A program made the position numbers and the translations under genes. A stretch of 61,677 bases of DNA, filler included. It is 5 parts of 5 records of this genome, joined end to end, with 100 filler letters (N's around TTAATTAATTAA, not from the genome) between each part and the next. Parts side by side here need not be neighbours in the genome. Positions count along the whole stretch, not along the records: positions 27,725 to 36,959 come from SRR20825019_2626; positions 37,060 to 45,865 come from SRR20825019_2628; 3 more parts are not named here. One strand, 5' to 3'. Below the pieces are notes generated by a model that did no database searches, was not told the DNA's origin, and worked only from the letters and a program-made list of their open reading frames with translations. The stretch's first letter is position 1; every line of letters starts with the position of its first letter. Of the stretch, positions 34,265-43,792 are shown piece after piece.

Positions 34265-35698
34265 TCACGTGGCCGCAGGCGGCCAGCGGTCGGCCCAGGG
34301 CATCAGTTTCTCCAGCGCCGCCGCGACCGTCAGCAACGTCGCCTCGGAATGCCACGGGCCCACGATCTGCATCCCGATGGGAATGCCCTTGCTGCTCATC
34401 CCCACGGGCACCGACATCGCCGGATGGCCGCTGGCATTCTGCGGCACGGTATAGGGATACCACGCCTCGCGCAGCGGCCCGTAATCCACCCCGTCCACGA
34501 TCAACGGCGCATCCTGCACCTGATCAATCGGCAGCGAGGGCGTGGTGATGGTGGGCGTGACATAAACGTCGGTGCCTTCCAGCAGATCTTCCATGTTGTG
34601 GAAAATATCCGTCCGCGCGCGCAGCGCCATGGCCAGCGCGTCATAGGAATGATGCGGGTTCGACGTCAGCGACATCTTTGCCGTGCGGTCCATCCGGTCA
34701 CCGAATTCCTCGACCAGATGGCCAAAGCGGGCGTATTGATAGGCGCGCATATGGGTCAGCGCGCTGGCGATGTCATGCACCGGATCGTCAATCATGGCGA
34801 CCTCTTGCGCCCCTGCCCCGGTCAGCGCCGACACCGCGTTCAGCACCGCCGCCTCGACCTCGGGATCGACCCAGTCGTTGACCGTGCGCATCATCACCCG
34901 CACGCGCATCCCCTTCATCGCCTTGACCGGATCGCCCGGCAGCGTGATCGGCGCGGCGGGGCTGCCAAAGGACCACGGGTCGCGACGGTCCATGCCCTTC
35001 ATCCCATTCAGGCCCAGGGCAAGGTCCGCTATCGACCGCCCCATCACCCCGATCACGGTGAACGAGCCGAACACATCCGTGGTGGATTCGTGCGGGATCA
35101 GCCCCCAGGTCGGCTTGATGCCCGCAACACCGCAGGCCGACGCCGGAATCCGCCCCGACCCGGCCCCGTCCGACGACAGGTGCAGCGGACCGAACCCCAT
35201 GGCAGTGGCCACGCCGGTGCCGCCCGACGACCCGCCACAACTGCGCGACAAATCCCACGGGTTGCGGGTGATCCCGTTGGTGGGGCAGTCGGTGATCACC
35301 TTGTGCCCGAACTCCGGCGTTGCGGTCTTGGCAAAGGGAATGGCCCCCTTGCGGCGCAAACGCGCGACCGCTTCGACATCGGCGTCGGGCATCAGCCCCT
35401 TGTGCGCAAAAGACCCGCTTTCCGTCGGCAATCCTTTGACGTTCAGCAGATCCTTGGCGGTGATCGGAATGCCCTGAAACGCGCCGGGCGCTTCGCCGCG
35501 CGCCAGTGCCGCATCGCGGGCCTCGGCATCGGCCATCGCGGCCTCGGGGTCCATGTTGGCGATGCCGTTGGTGTCCTTGTCCAACCGCTCGATCCGGTCC
35601 AGCACGGCACGCATCAGCCGCGCCGCCTTGACCTTGCCGGATTGTGTCAGCGGCAAAAGCTCGGTTGCCGTCATCCGGCACAGATCGTCATCGGTCAT
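34265..35698 (-). CDS. Amidase signature family enzyme (second, divergent paralog)
   Basis: ITAKDL, GGSSGG, SSDGAGSGRIPAS; start MTDDDLC with GGAG RBS. Confidence 0.92.
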   Translation of the reverse strand: MTDDDLCRMTATELLPLTQSGKVKAARLMRAVLDRIERLDKDTNGIANMDPEAAMADAEARDAALARGEAPGAFQGIPITAKDLLNVKGLPTESGSFAHKGLMPDADVEAVARLRRKGAIPFAKTATPEFGHKVITDCPTNGITRNPWDLSRSCGGSSGGTGVATAMGFGPLHLSSDGAGSGRIPASACGVAGIKPTWGLIPHESTTDVFGSFTVIGVMGRSIADLALGLNGMKGMDRRDPWSFGSPAAPITLPGDPVKAMKGMRVRVMMRTVNDWVDPEVEAAVLNAVSALTGAGAQEVAMIDDPVHDIASALTHMRAYQYARFGHLVEEFGDRMDRTAKMSLTSNPHHSYDALAMALRARTDIFHNMEDLLEGTDVYVTPTITTPSLPIDQVQDAPLIVDGVDYGPLREAWYPYTVPQNASGHPAMSVPVGMSSKGIPIGMQIVGPWHSEATLLTVAAALEKLMPWADRWPPAAT

Positions 35699-35760
35699 CT
35701 TCGGTCTCCCTTTGGTCCTGTCCGCCGGATTGGAGCCGTCCCCAAAGGCGAACGCAACGG

Positions 35761-36609
35761 TTAAAGCTGTAGGAACGTCCTGGCATTTCCGCCCAGCCAG
35801 CGCGCGGCAATGTCGTCTTCGATCGGCAACTGGCGCACCTCGTCCAGCACGCGGTCCATCGGCTGCATCGGCCATGCGGTGCCCACGATCATCCGGTCCT
35901 TCAGCACCGTGCGCCCGTATTGCATCAACGGACCATAGCCCGAGTTTTCAACCGCCATCAGCTTGGGCCGCATCGCCACCAGCCCGATCCACAGGTTCGG
36001 ATGCCGCCACGCGACCGCCAGCAATTCCTGCACCCACGGCCAGCCCGGCGGCGACGCGATGGCGCGCAGTTCGGGAAAATCGCACAGCACCCGGTCCAGC
36101 ATCTCGGGCCGTCCGAAATCCGGCGAGGATTTCAGCGAAAAGTTGACACCGACATGGATGTTCACCGGAATGTCCAGCTCGACGCATTTGGCATAAAGCG
36201 GGTACATCCGCCGGTCGTCGATGGCCAACTGGTTCTCGAAACATTGCAGGTTCAGACCTTTCAGTCCCAGCTCGCGCACCGCGTATTCCAGCTCACGCAC
36301 CGCCGTCATGCCCTTGTTGGGGTCCACGCCGGCAAAGCCCAGAAACCGCCCCGGATGGGCCGCAACCACCTCGGCCACCGCCTCGTTGGTGACCCGCCCG
36401 CCAAAGGTGGTCTCGACATCGCGCGCCTTGATCACCGTCAGGTCGATCCCCGCCGCATCCACGTTAGCGAACCACTGTTCCAGCGTCGTCTCGCCCCGCG
36501 CCGCGTCCTTTTCGCTGGATGCATAGACCCGCCGGTAATTCGCCAGATGGCTGCCGTCGCCCAGCGACAGCGTCTTGATGGGCGGCGTTGCGCCAAAGTC
36601 GATGATCAT
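35761..36609 (-). CDS. Amidohydrolase_2 (TIM-barrel) family protein
   Basis: HPGRFLGFAGVDP, YPLYAKCVELDIPVNIHVG, GTAWP, WLGGNA; start MIIDF with AGGAG RBS. Confidence 0.85.
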   Translation of the reverse strand: MIIDFGATPPIKTLSLGDGSHLANYRRVYASSEKDAARGETTLEQWFANVDAAGIDLTVIKARDVETTFGGRVTNEAVAEVVAAHPGRFLGFAGVDPNKGMTAVRELEYAVRELGLKGLNLQCFENQLAIDDRRMYPLYAKCVELDIPVNIHVGVNFSLKSSPDFGRPEMLDRVLCDFPELRAIASPPGWPWVQELLAVAWRHPNLWIGLVAMRPKLMAVENSGYGPLMQYGRTVLKDRMIVGTAWPMQPMDRVLDEVRQLPIEDDIAARWLGGNARTFLQL

Positions 36610-36619
36610 GGCAATTCTC

Positions 36620-36959
36620 CTAACGCCACAGGTGTTCCACGCGGTCGAATGCACCGATCCGGTGATCGTCGCGCGCCTTGGCCAGTTCGGTCTTGGCCAC
36701 TTTGAATGACGTGGTGCGGGGCATGGTTTCGATAAACTCAAAGTACCGCGGCACCTTGAACGAGGCGAGCCGGTGACCCGCATATTCCACGATCTGCCCG
36801 ACCAGCGCGGCATCGCCGGTCGCCCCCTTCTGCAACGAGATAAAGGCCTTGACCTCTTCACCACGCAGCGCGTCCGGCACCGCGATCAGCGCCACCTCTT
36901 CGATGGCCTCCATGTCGCGCAACACGCCTTCGACCTCGCGGCAGGCGATGTTTTCGCCC
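36620..36959 (-). CDS. C-terminal fragment of an AMP-dependent acyl-CoA ligase
   Basis: GENI...EVALIAVPDALRGEEVKAF, LASFKVPRY, MPRTTSFKV; cut by contig end. Confidence 0.85.
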
Positions 36960-37059
36960 NNNNNNNNNNNNNNNNNNNNNNNNNNNNNNNNNNNNNNNNN
37001 NNNTTAATTAATTAANNNNNNNNNNNNNNNNNNNNNNNNNNNNNNNNNNNNNNNNNNNN
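36960..37059. other. Artificial contig spacer
   Basis: 44 N + TTAATTAATTAA + 44 N. Confidence 0.98.
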
Positions 37060-37971
37060 GCGCTCGACGAACTGATCATAAATCGGCCGCTCGACGAAGA
37101 GGCGCGCGCCGGCAATGCAACTCTGGCCCGTTGACGAAAAGATGCCGAACAGAACGCCGGCGAGCGCCTGCTCTATATCGGCATCGGCGAAGACAATGGT
37201 CGGAGACTTTCCGCCAAGCTCCAGCGACACCGGCATCAGTTTCTGTGCTGCCTTCACGGCAAGCGCACGTCCCGTCGCCGTGCCACCAGTGAAGCTGATC
37301 TTGGCAATGTCAGGGTGTTCTACCAGAAGATTTCCGATCTCTCGTCCCGAGCCCGGCAGCACCGAGAACAGCCCCTTCGGCAAGCCCGACGCCTCGACGA
37401 TCCGCGCCAGTTCCAGCGAGACGAGCGGCGACCAGGAGGCCGGCTTCAAGAGCACCGCGTTTCCGGCAGCCAGCGCCGGAGCGACCTTTTGCGCATCAGA
37501 GGCAATCGGCGAGTTCCATGGCGTGATCGCGCCCACAAGACCGAGCGGTTCATGAACCGACATGGTCAGCGCGTCGCCGCGCTGGACCGTCAGTGCTTCA
37601 TCAGAACTCTCCAGCACCGCGCCGAAATAGCGGAATGTACCGGCGGCGGAAGCCGCCAGCGCCCCCGTCTCCCGCAGGGTCTTGCCCGTATCACGGCTCT
37701 GGATATGGGAGATACGCTCTGCATTCGCCTCGATCCCGTCGGCTATGGCGTAGAGAAAGCGCGCCCGCTCATGCGGTTTGAGATTGCGCCAGGCAGGATC
37801 TGCCTGCGCCTTCTTCGCGCGTTCGATGGCACGCTCTCCGTCGGCGATGCTTGCACCGCGAAGCACGCGGTTGACGCTCCCGTCGGCCGGGAAGATCGAG
37901 GTGATTTCGGCACCGCTTCCCTCTTCCCATTCTCCACCGACGAAGAGCCTGTTCTGCGGCAGTTCGATCAT
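37060..37971 (-). CDS. NAD(P)-dependent aldehyde dehydrogenase (3'-truncated)
   Basis: ITPWNSP, SFTGG, LELGGKSP, GQSCIAG; start MIELPQNRLF. Confidence 0.93.
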
Positions 37972-37984
37972 CTTTGTTTCCCTC

Positions 37985-38809
37985 TCAGATCGCCACCGGA
38001 CCGATCCGGTTCCGGATCTCGCGCAAAACGCTGTAGACCGTTGAAACGGATGTCTTGGCATTGCCGGCCGATGGCAGGTTCTCGATCCGCATCGAGTATT
38101 TCGCCAGCGGTGAAATGACCGAATATTCGTGCACATTGCCGGATGCGGAGGGATCGGCGACCAGCTCCACATGCGTCGCCTCGAACCCGGCTCCCGCCAG
38201 TGCCAGCGTCGCGGCGACATTCGCATTCTTTGGAAAATCGCGTGCGGCTTCACGGGCATTGCCCGTGAAGAATGTGGTTGCTTTGGTCAGGTTCGCCAGA
38301 TCGACGGTGTTTTCGGCGGGTGTCCCGCTCCAGGCGTGCGGCGGTTTGGAGCCGCGATAGCGCACCTCAAGCCCGCCTGCCGCTCCCAGAGCAGAGAGCA
38401 GATCGATACCGCCAACCGCACCGGCCGGCAGAATGAGACGTGCGCCGCCGGCGCTGGCTGCCGCCCGAAGATCGGCCTCGAGCGCCGCATCGGATAGCGC
38501 GCCGATGGACACGATGATCACATCCGTGCCAGCGCGCAAAACCGGCGGCACATGTGCCACCACGGCCGCATGACCGGCACACTCCACAACCAGATGCGGC
38601 TTTTTGGCGAGCAGCGCTTCGGCATCACCGGCAACGGAAATGTCCTTTGCCAGGGAACCAAAATCCGCCCGCAGACGCACCTCCGTTTCAGCGGCAAACT
38701 CCGGTCGCGTTACCACGCACAGATGAGCGAGCGGGGTATCGAGCGTTTTCGCCAGCAAATCAAACAGCGTCCCGGCAATGTTGCCAAAGCCGATCAGTCC
38801 GAGCCTCAT
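37985..38809 (-). CDS. nadX: L-aspartate dehydrogenase family protein
   Basis: GLIGFGNIA, VVECAGH, SIGAL, GAVGGIDLL, KPP, AREAARDFPKNANVAA, NAKTS. Confidence 0.92.
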   Translation of the reverse strand: MRLGLIGFGNIAGTLFDLLAKTLDTPLAHLCVVTRPEFAAETEVRLRADFGSLAKDISVAGDAEALLAKKPHLVVECAGHAAVVAHVPPVLRAGTDVIIVSIGALSDAALEADLRAAASAGGARLILPAGAVGGIDLLSALGAAGGLEVRYRGSKPPHAWSGTPAENTVDLANLTKATTFFTGNAREAARDFPKNANVAATLALAGAGFEATHVELVADPSASGNVHEYSVISPLAKYSMRIENLPSAGNAKTSVSTVYSVLREIRNRIGPVAI

Positions 38810-38812
38810 TCC

Positions 38813-40486
38813 CTACGCCTCCTTGCCTGCAGCACCCGCCGGCGGGCCGGCAAAGGCTTCGTTGAAGGGGCCAATGGCGCACATATCGATCTCGATGAGC
38901 TGCGGCCCTTCAGCGGCGACAGCTTCATCAAAGGCGGCAGGGAAGTCTGCGACATCGCTAATCACCCGGTGGGGCATGCCGATCGACTTGCAGAACCCGG
39001 CAAAGTCCGGCGTCGCCAGTGCCGAATAATGGCGGCGGCTGTCATACTGTGCGTCCTGGATGTTCTGGATCACGCCATAGGCCTTGTCGTTCATCAGGAG
39101 ATAGACGAGCGGCGCATTCTCTTCGACCGCGGTGATCATCTCGGACAGACCGAGCATGGTTCCGCCGTCGCCCAGAAGCGTGATCGCCTTCGCCCCCCTG
39201 GAGGCAACCGCTGCCCCGACGCCCATGGCGACGCCCTGGCCAATGCCGCCACCCAGCGCGTGAACGCCGAGATTGGGTGCGGCAATGCGCACATAGCGGT
39301 TGCCGAAGGTGGAGTTGGAGATGGTGACGTCCCGTACCCAGGCATGGCCATTGGTGAACACCCGGTCAGCCAGCGTGTCGGCCACAACCCGGTAGGGTCC
39401 AAGCACATCGCGCATCCGGCCTTCGGCCTGTGCCCGTGTGCGGGCGATATCGAAGGATAGGTTGGTGTCGGTGTCGAGCGTGTCCGGCAGGCGCTCAAGC
39501 AGGCGCGCCAGCGTGTCCGCGGCGTCGCCATGGGCAAACACTTCGACCGGATAGTTGCGCCCGCCCTGGGACGCGTCAGCGTCGATCTGCACCAGTGGCC
39601 GGGGCAGCGGCATCTTGTTGTTGCGCGTTTCATTGCCGCGAAGGCGCGAGCCCACCACGATCATCAGATCACAGCTTTGATATAGCTCGACGGCCTCCGG
39701 CGTCATGTTGAAGGCGCCCAGGCTCGCTGGTTCCGCTTCCGAAACGATGGCGCGGCCATTGGTCGAGGTAACGATGCCAAAACCGCGACGCATCAGCTCG
39801 GTTGCCTCCCTGCCGGCTTCGCTGGCGCCACCACCCAGCCAAAGAAGCGGGCGCTTTGCCGTCTTCACCAGCCCGGCGATCTCGTCGATCACGCTGTCGG
39901 GTGCCACCGGGCGAACCGGCTGCGGCTTGTGAATGCGCGCAGTCGGGCAGGCAGGCGACCTTTGAACGTCGACCGGTATTTCCAGGCTGACCGGCCCGCT
40001 CGGCGCAGACAATGCTGCCGAGACCGCGGCGGTCAACGCGCCTACTGCGCCGTTGGCGTCCCACATGCGGAACACCGCCTTGGAAACGCCGCGCAGCATT
40101 TCCGGCTGGCGCGGGACATCATGGATGGCAGCACGGTCACGGTCGGCGAATTCCAGATCGACCTGCGTCGTGATATGCAGAACGCGCGAGCCGGCGGTCA
40201 AGGCTTCGGCCTGAGCGCCCGCCGCATTGCCGGCAGCGGTGCCGGTGGAGGTCAGGCAGACACCCAGCTCTCCTGAAACGCGGGCATAGGCATCGGCCAT
40301 GTTCATGGCGCCCGCCTCGCCGCGCGCCGGCACGAACCGGATGCGCTGCTGTCGCGCGATGGCGTCAAGGATCGGCATGTTGTGAATGGAGATGACCCCG
40401 AACACCGTGGAAACGCCGATCTCTGCGAGAAAGCGGGCGATGAGATCTCCGACCGTCTCGGTGGCTGTGATTGTCTCGAGTTTCAT
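38813..40486 (-). CDS. Thiamine-diphosphate-dependent enzyme (acetolactate synthase/decarboxylase family)
   Basis: FGVISIHN, RGEAGAMNMADAYAR, GDGG...NDKAYG ThDP motif; start MKLETITA. Confidence 0.9.
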   Translation of the reverse strand: MKLETITATETVGDLIARFLAEIGVSTVFGVISIHNMPILDAIARQQRIRFVPARGEAGAMNMADAYARVSGELGVCLTSTGTAAGNAAGAQAEALTAGSRVLHITTQVDLEFADRDRAAIHDVPRQPEMLRGVSKAVFRMWDANGAVGALTAAVSAALSAPSGPVSLEIPVDVQRSPACPTARIHKPQPVRPVAPDSVIDEIAGLVKTAKRPLLWLGGGASEAGREATELMRRGFGIVTSTNGRAIVSEAEPASLGAFNMTPEAVELYQSCDLMIVVGSRLRGNETRNNKMPLPRPLVQIDADASQGGRNYPVEVFAHGDAADTLARLLERLPDTLDTDTNLSFDIARTRAQAEGRMRDVLGPYRVVADTLADRVFTNGHAWVRDVTISNSTFGNRYVRIAAPNLGVHALGGGIGQGVAMGVGAAVASRGAKAITLLGDGGTMLGLSEMITAVEENAPLVYLLMNDKAYGVIQNIQDAQYDSRRHYSALATPDFAGFCKSIGMPHRVISDVADFPAAFDEAVAAEGPQLIEIDMCAIGPFNEAFAGPPAGAAGKEA

Positions 40487-40496
40487 CCCGTATCCT

Positions 40497-41285
40497 TCAA
40501 ATGTAGCGAGACAGGCCGCCCGAAACTTCGAGCTGGGCGCCTGTGATGTAGCTCGCCGCAGGCGAACCGAGAAAAGCGATGGCGGCAGCCGCTTCCGCCG
40601 GATCGCCGAGGCGGCCGAGTGGAATGCCCTTTTTGGCCGCGAGAGCGCCGTACCATTCGGCACGGCTCTGGCTCTGGTCCTCGCGTTCGGCAAAGCGGCG
40701 CGACCACTGACCGGAACCGACCAGACCAAGCAGGATCGAGTTGACCCGAACATCGGGAGCCAGTTCAACGCTCAGCGATTTGACGAGGTTCTGCACCCCG
40801 GCCCGCGCTGACGAGGTGCAGACCATGTGCGGCTCGGGCTGGTAGGCCAGAAGCGAGTTGACCGCGACGATGGCACCCTTTGCGCGGCGCAGCATCGGCA
40901 GGAAGGCGCGGGTTGGATGGATCTGGCTGAAGAGCTTGAGTTCGTATTCGGCGCGCCAGTCATCGTCCGATGTGTCTTCAAAGGTGGAAATGCGTCCCTG
41001 CCCGGCGTTGTTGACCAGAAGGTCACAGCCACCAAAGCGGTCTTCCACCACCCTGGCGAAATCCTTTACCGCCTCCGGTTCGAGAACCGAAAAGGCCTGC
41101 GCCATCACGCGTTCTTCGCCGTGATCGCGAATGAGAACCGCGGCCACGTCGTTCAAGCGGCTTTCGGTACGGGCGCAAAATGCGACGCTCGCGCCCGACT
41201 GAAGCAGTGTTTCCACCGTTGCCAGACCGATCCCGGACGAACCGCCGGTGACAACCGCGACTTTGCCGTCATATCCGTAGTGCAT
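40497..41285 (-). CDS. Short-chain dehydrogenase/reductase with atypical active site
   Basis: TGGSSGIG, NNAG; TSSAR replaces YxxxK. Confidence 0.9.
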   Translation of the reverse strand: MHYGYDGKVAVVTGGSSGIGLATVETLLQSGASVAFCARTESRLNDVAAVLIRDHGEERVMAQAFSVLEPEAVKDFARVVEDRFGGCDLLVNNAGQGRISTFEDTSDDDWRAEYELKLFSQIHPTRAFLPMLRRAKGAIVAVNSLLAYQPEPHMVCTSSARAGVQNLVKSLSVELAPDVRVNSILLGLVGSGQWSRRFAEREDQSQSRAEWYGALAAKKGIPLGRLGDPAEAAAAIAFLGSPAASYITGAQLEVSGGLSRYI

Positions 41286-42211
41286 CAGACATTCCCCCCG
41301 GCTGGTGCGAGTTCGGGGAAGCCGGGATCGGGCCTGCCCTGCATAACTGCGCGTTGGGCAGGTGTCGGGGGGCCCGCCGTCATCCAGCGGTCCATCGCTT
41401 CCGGCTTGTCGCGTGGCCAGACCTGCGCTTCGTGCGTTTCCTCATCGATCTGCTGCAGCTCGGAGGTGAACTCGATGACAAAGCCCGAGGGCGAGACAAA
41501 ATAGGCGAAGGGGTTGTTGCCCGGCCCATGCCGCCCCGGCCCCCAGGTCGGCACATGGCCCTTCTGTTTCATGCGGCCGATGCCGCGCATGAACTCGTCG
41601 ATCGAGGGCATTTCAAACGCGACGTGATTGACGCTCGCATAATTGCCCCGCACCAGCGCGATGGAATGGTGATCCGAATTACACCGCAGGAAGACCATCT
41701 GGTCGGCAGAGTAATCAGACACGCGGAAACCCAGAACATGGGTGTAGAATTCCTGAACGCCTTCCATGTCCGGCGTGTTCAGCACCACATGGCTCACCTT
41801 GCGCGGCTTGGCCCATTCGGGTTCCTCGTCAAGGCTCAGCGCATCGGTGCGGAACCGAAGGCGCCTGTTGTCCGGATCGAGCATCTCGAAACCATAGCCA
41901 CCGGCATAATCGTCGAATGGTCCCGGCTCACCAAGCACCACACCACCGCGCTCGATGACCTGGGCGTGGAGCGCGTCCATCGATGCCCGATCGGGCATCG
42001 CGAAATGCACATATTCGATGCCGTAGACCGGCCCATCCTTCAGTCCATAAAGGAATGGCTCGCTGCCGGTGCCACGCAGAAGCGCCACGCCGTCTTCCCT
42101 GTGGGCGAGGCTTAGCCCCCACATATCCTCATAAAACGGCAGCGTGCCGGTGATGCCAGGCCCACGCATCATGATGCCCCGAAGGCTGCCGACGCGAACT
42201 GTATCTGCCAT
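41285..42211 (-). CDS. Two-domain VOC family protein, extradiol ring-cleavage dioxygenase-like
   Basis: SHVVL, HHSIAL, NHVAF, GPGRHGPGNNPFAYFVSPSGFVIEF (His-His-Glu metal ligands); start MADTVRVG with AGGAGG RBS. Confidence 0.85.
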   Translation of the reverse strand: MADTVRVGSLRGIMMRGPGITGTLPFYEDMWGLSLAHREDGVALLRGTGSEPFLYGLKDGPVYGIEYVHFAMPDRASMDALHAQVIERGGVVLGEPGPFDDYAGGYGFEMLDPDNRRLRFRTDALSLDEEPEWAKPRKVSHVVLNTPDMEGVQEFYTHVLGFRVSDYSADQMVFLRCNSDHHSIALVRGNYASVNHVAFEMPSIDEFMRGIGRMKQKGHVPTWGPGRHGPGNNPFAYFVSPSGFVIEFTSELQQIDEETHEAQVWPRDKPEAMDRWMTAGPPTPAQRAVMQGRPDPGFPELAPAGGNV

Positions 42212-42231
42212 GCTCGTTCCTCCTGCCGGCT

Positions 42232-43044
42232 TCAGCCGGCTGTTTCCGCAAACGCGTCCAGCGCCGCTGCAAAGGCGGCGGGCGACTGTTGGTAAAGGGC
42301 GTGCCCGGCACCCGGCACCAGCGTGAGCGCACCACGCCATGGCTGGCGCAACGCCGCATGGGCACGGCGGGCAGAATCGGGCGGCGTCACGACATCCTCC
42401 GCACCGACGATGACGTCTGTCGGCACCTGCAGGCGCTCCGCATCATCCAGAAGACGGCCGGACGCCAGCATGCGCGCTGCCTGCGGGTAGCCCGGCACGC
42501 TCACCTGCGCCATGCCATGGCGCACACGGTCCACGATGTCGGTGTTGGCTTCAGGCTCGAAGACCAGCCGCGGCGCACGCAGCGCGGCGAATTTCTCCGC
42601 GCCCAGTGCCTCAAGGTCGTCAATGCGCGCCTGAGCGGCAGCACTCAGCGTGGCACCCCGCGGGACGCCATGGCCGAGCGCCGGCGAACTCAAAAGAAGA
42701 TGGGCAACGCGGTCGCGGTGCGTGCTCGCGAAGGACGCCGCCATCAGGCAGCCGAGCGAGTGGCCGGCAAGAATGACCCGCTCCAGCTCCAGCCGGTCGA
42801 GAAACACCTTCAGCGCTTCGGCATAATCGCTCGCCAGCGGCCATTCGGCATCGAGCGGTGACGATCCGCAATAGCCGGGCGCGTTCCAGGCGACGATGCG
42901 CCAGTCGCGCGGCAGATGCGGCAGGAGCGGCACGAAAGAGGCCGCATTGGAGCCGACCCCGTGCAGCATCACCAGCGTCGGACCGCCCGCACCGGGGCGC
43001 TCGAGATAGGCGATATTGCCGGATATGTGCTCTTTGAACGTCAT
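42232..43044 (-). CDS. Alpha/beta hydrolase
   Basis: LHGVGS, GHSLG nucleophile elbow, GAEDVVTP, GAGH. Confidence 0.9.
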   Translation of the reverse strand: MTFKEHISGNIAYLERPGAGGPTLVMLHGVGSNAASFVPLLPHLPRDWRIVAWNAPGYCGSSPLDAEWPLASDYAEALKVFLDRLELERVILAGHSLGCLMAASFASTHRDRVAHLLLSSPALGHGVPRGATLSAAAQARIDDLEALGAEKFAALRAPRLVFEPEANTDIVDRVRHGMAQVSVPGYPQAARMLASGRLLDDAERLQVPTDVIVGAEDVVTPPDSARRAHAALRQPWRGALTLVPGAGHALYQQSPAAFAAALDAFAETAG

Positions 43045-43051
43045 GACCGCC

Positions 43052-43792
43052 TCAATTGAAGACAAAACCATTGTTGACCGGCAGGACCTGCCCGGTGAGC
43101 GCGAGCGCGCCCTCGCTGAGCAGAAAGGCAATGGTTTCCGTGATCTCGCCCGGGGCCTGTGCTCCGGGCACCGCCCTGCCCTCGGCATAAAGCCGGTGGC
43201 GGGCTTCCGGCACGTAGTCCGTGGATTCCGTCGTCAGGATGCCCGGGGCAACCGCCGTCACGCCGATACGGTCGGGACCGAGTTCGCGCGCCAGCGACCG
43301 CGTCATCGACATCATCGCTCCCTTGCTGGCGACATAGGACATCAGGCGCGGCGCACCCCAGAGCGCCGTGTCAGACGCGACATTCACGATCCGGCCTGAG
43401 CCCGCAGCTTTCAAAAGCGGCGCGACCGCACGCGTCATCAGCCAGGTGCCGCGCACATTGACCCGCATCACCCGGTCCCAGCTTTCGATGTCGATTTCAT
43501 CGAAGGGAATACCGCCAATGCCTGTCGCGATGGCGCCGTTGTTGACGAGCCCATGCAGGGTGCCGCCATTCACCTCGCCCAACGCCTTTGCCGCCGCATC
43601 GATCGATGCCGGCTCGCCAAGATCGAGCGGGATAAAGCGCGCGCCGATCTCTTTTGCGACCGCGCGGCCCTCCTCCTCGGCGATGTCGGCAAGCACGAGA
43701 TCCGCACCGTGTTTCGCCAGGCATCTGGCGATCTCGGCGCCAAGCCCGCGTGCGGCTCCCGTCACCAGTATGGTGCGTCCCCCAAGCATCAT
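43052..43792 (-). CDS. Classical short-chain dehydrogenase/reductase
   Basis: TGAARGLG, NNGA, YVASK; ATGA overlap with the Rieske gene stop. Confidence 0.9.
   Translation of the reverse strand: MMLGGRTILVTGAARGLGAEIARCLAKHGADLVLADIAEEEGRAVAKEIGARFIPLDLGEPASIDAAAKALGEVNGGTLHGLVNNGAIATGIGGIPFDEIDIESWDRVMRVNVRGTWLMTRAVAPLLKAAGSGRIVNVASDTALWGAPRLMSYVASKGAMMSMTRSLARELGPDRIGVTAVAPGILTTESTDYVPEARHRLYAEGRAVPGAQAPGEITETIAFLLSEGALALTGQVLPVNNGFVFN

Noticed and set aside
32821-35764. Long antisense ORFs (32821-34245, 34349-35764; also 28614-29810, 14398-15777, 43654-44913)
   Set aside because: They are shadow frames opposite well-supported high-GC3 genes and carry no motifs.
37985-38809. nadX as evidence of a de novo NAD biosynthesis locus
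   Set aside because: No nadA/nadC on the contig, and the gene is embedded in a catabolic operon.
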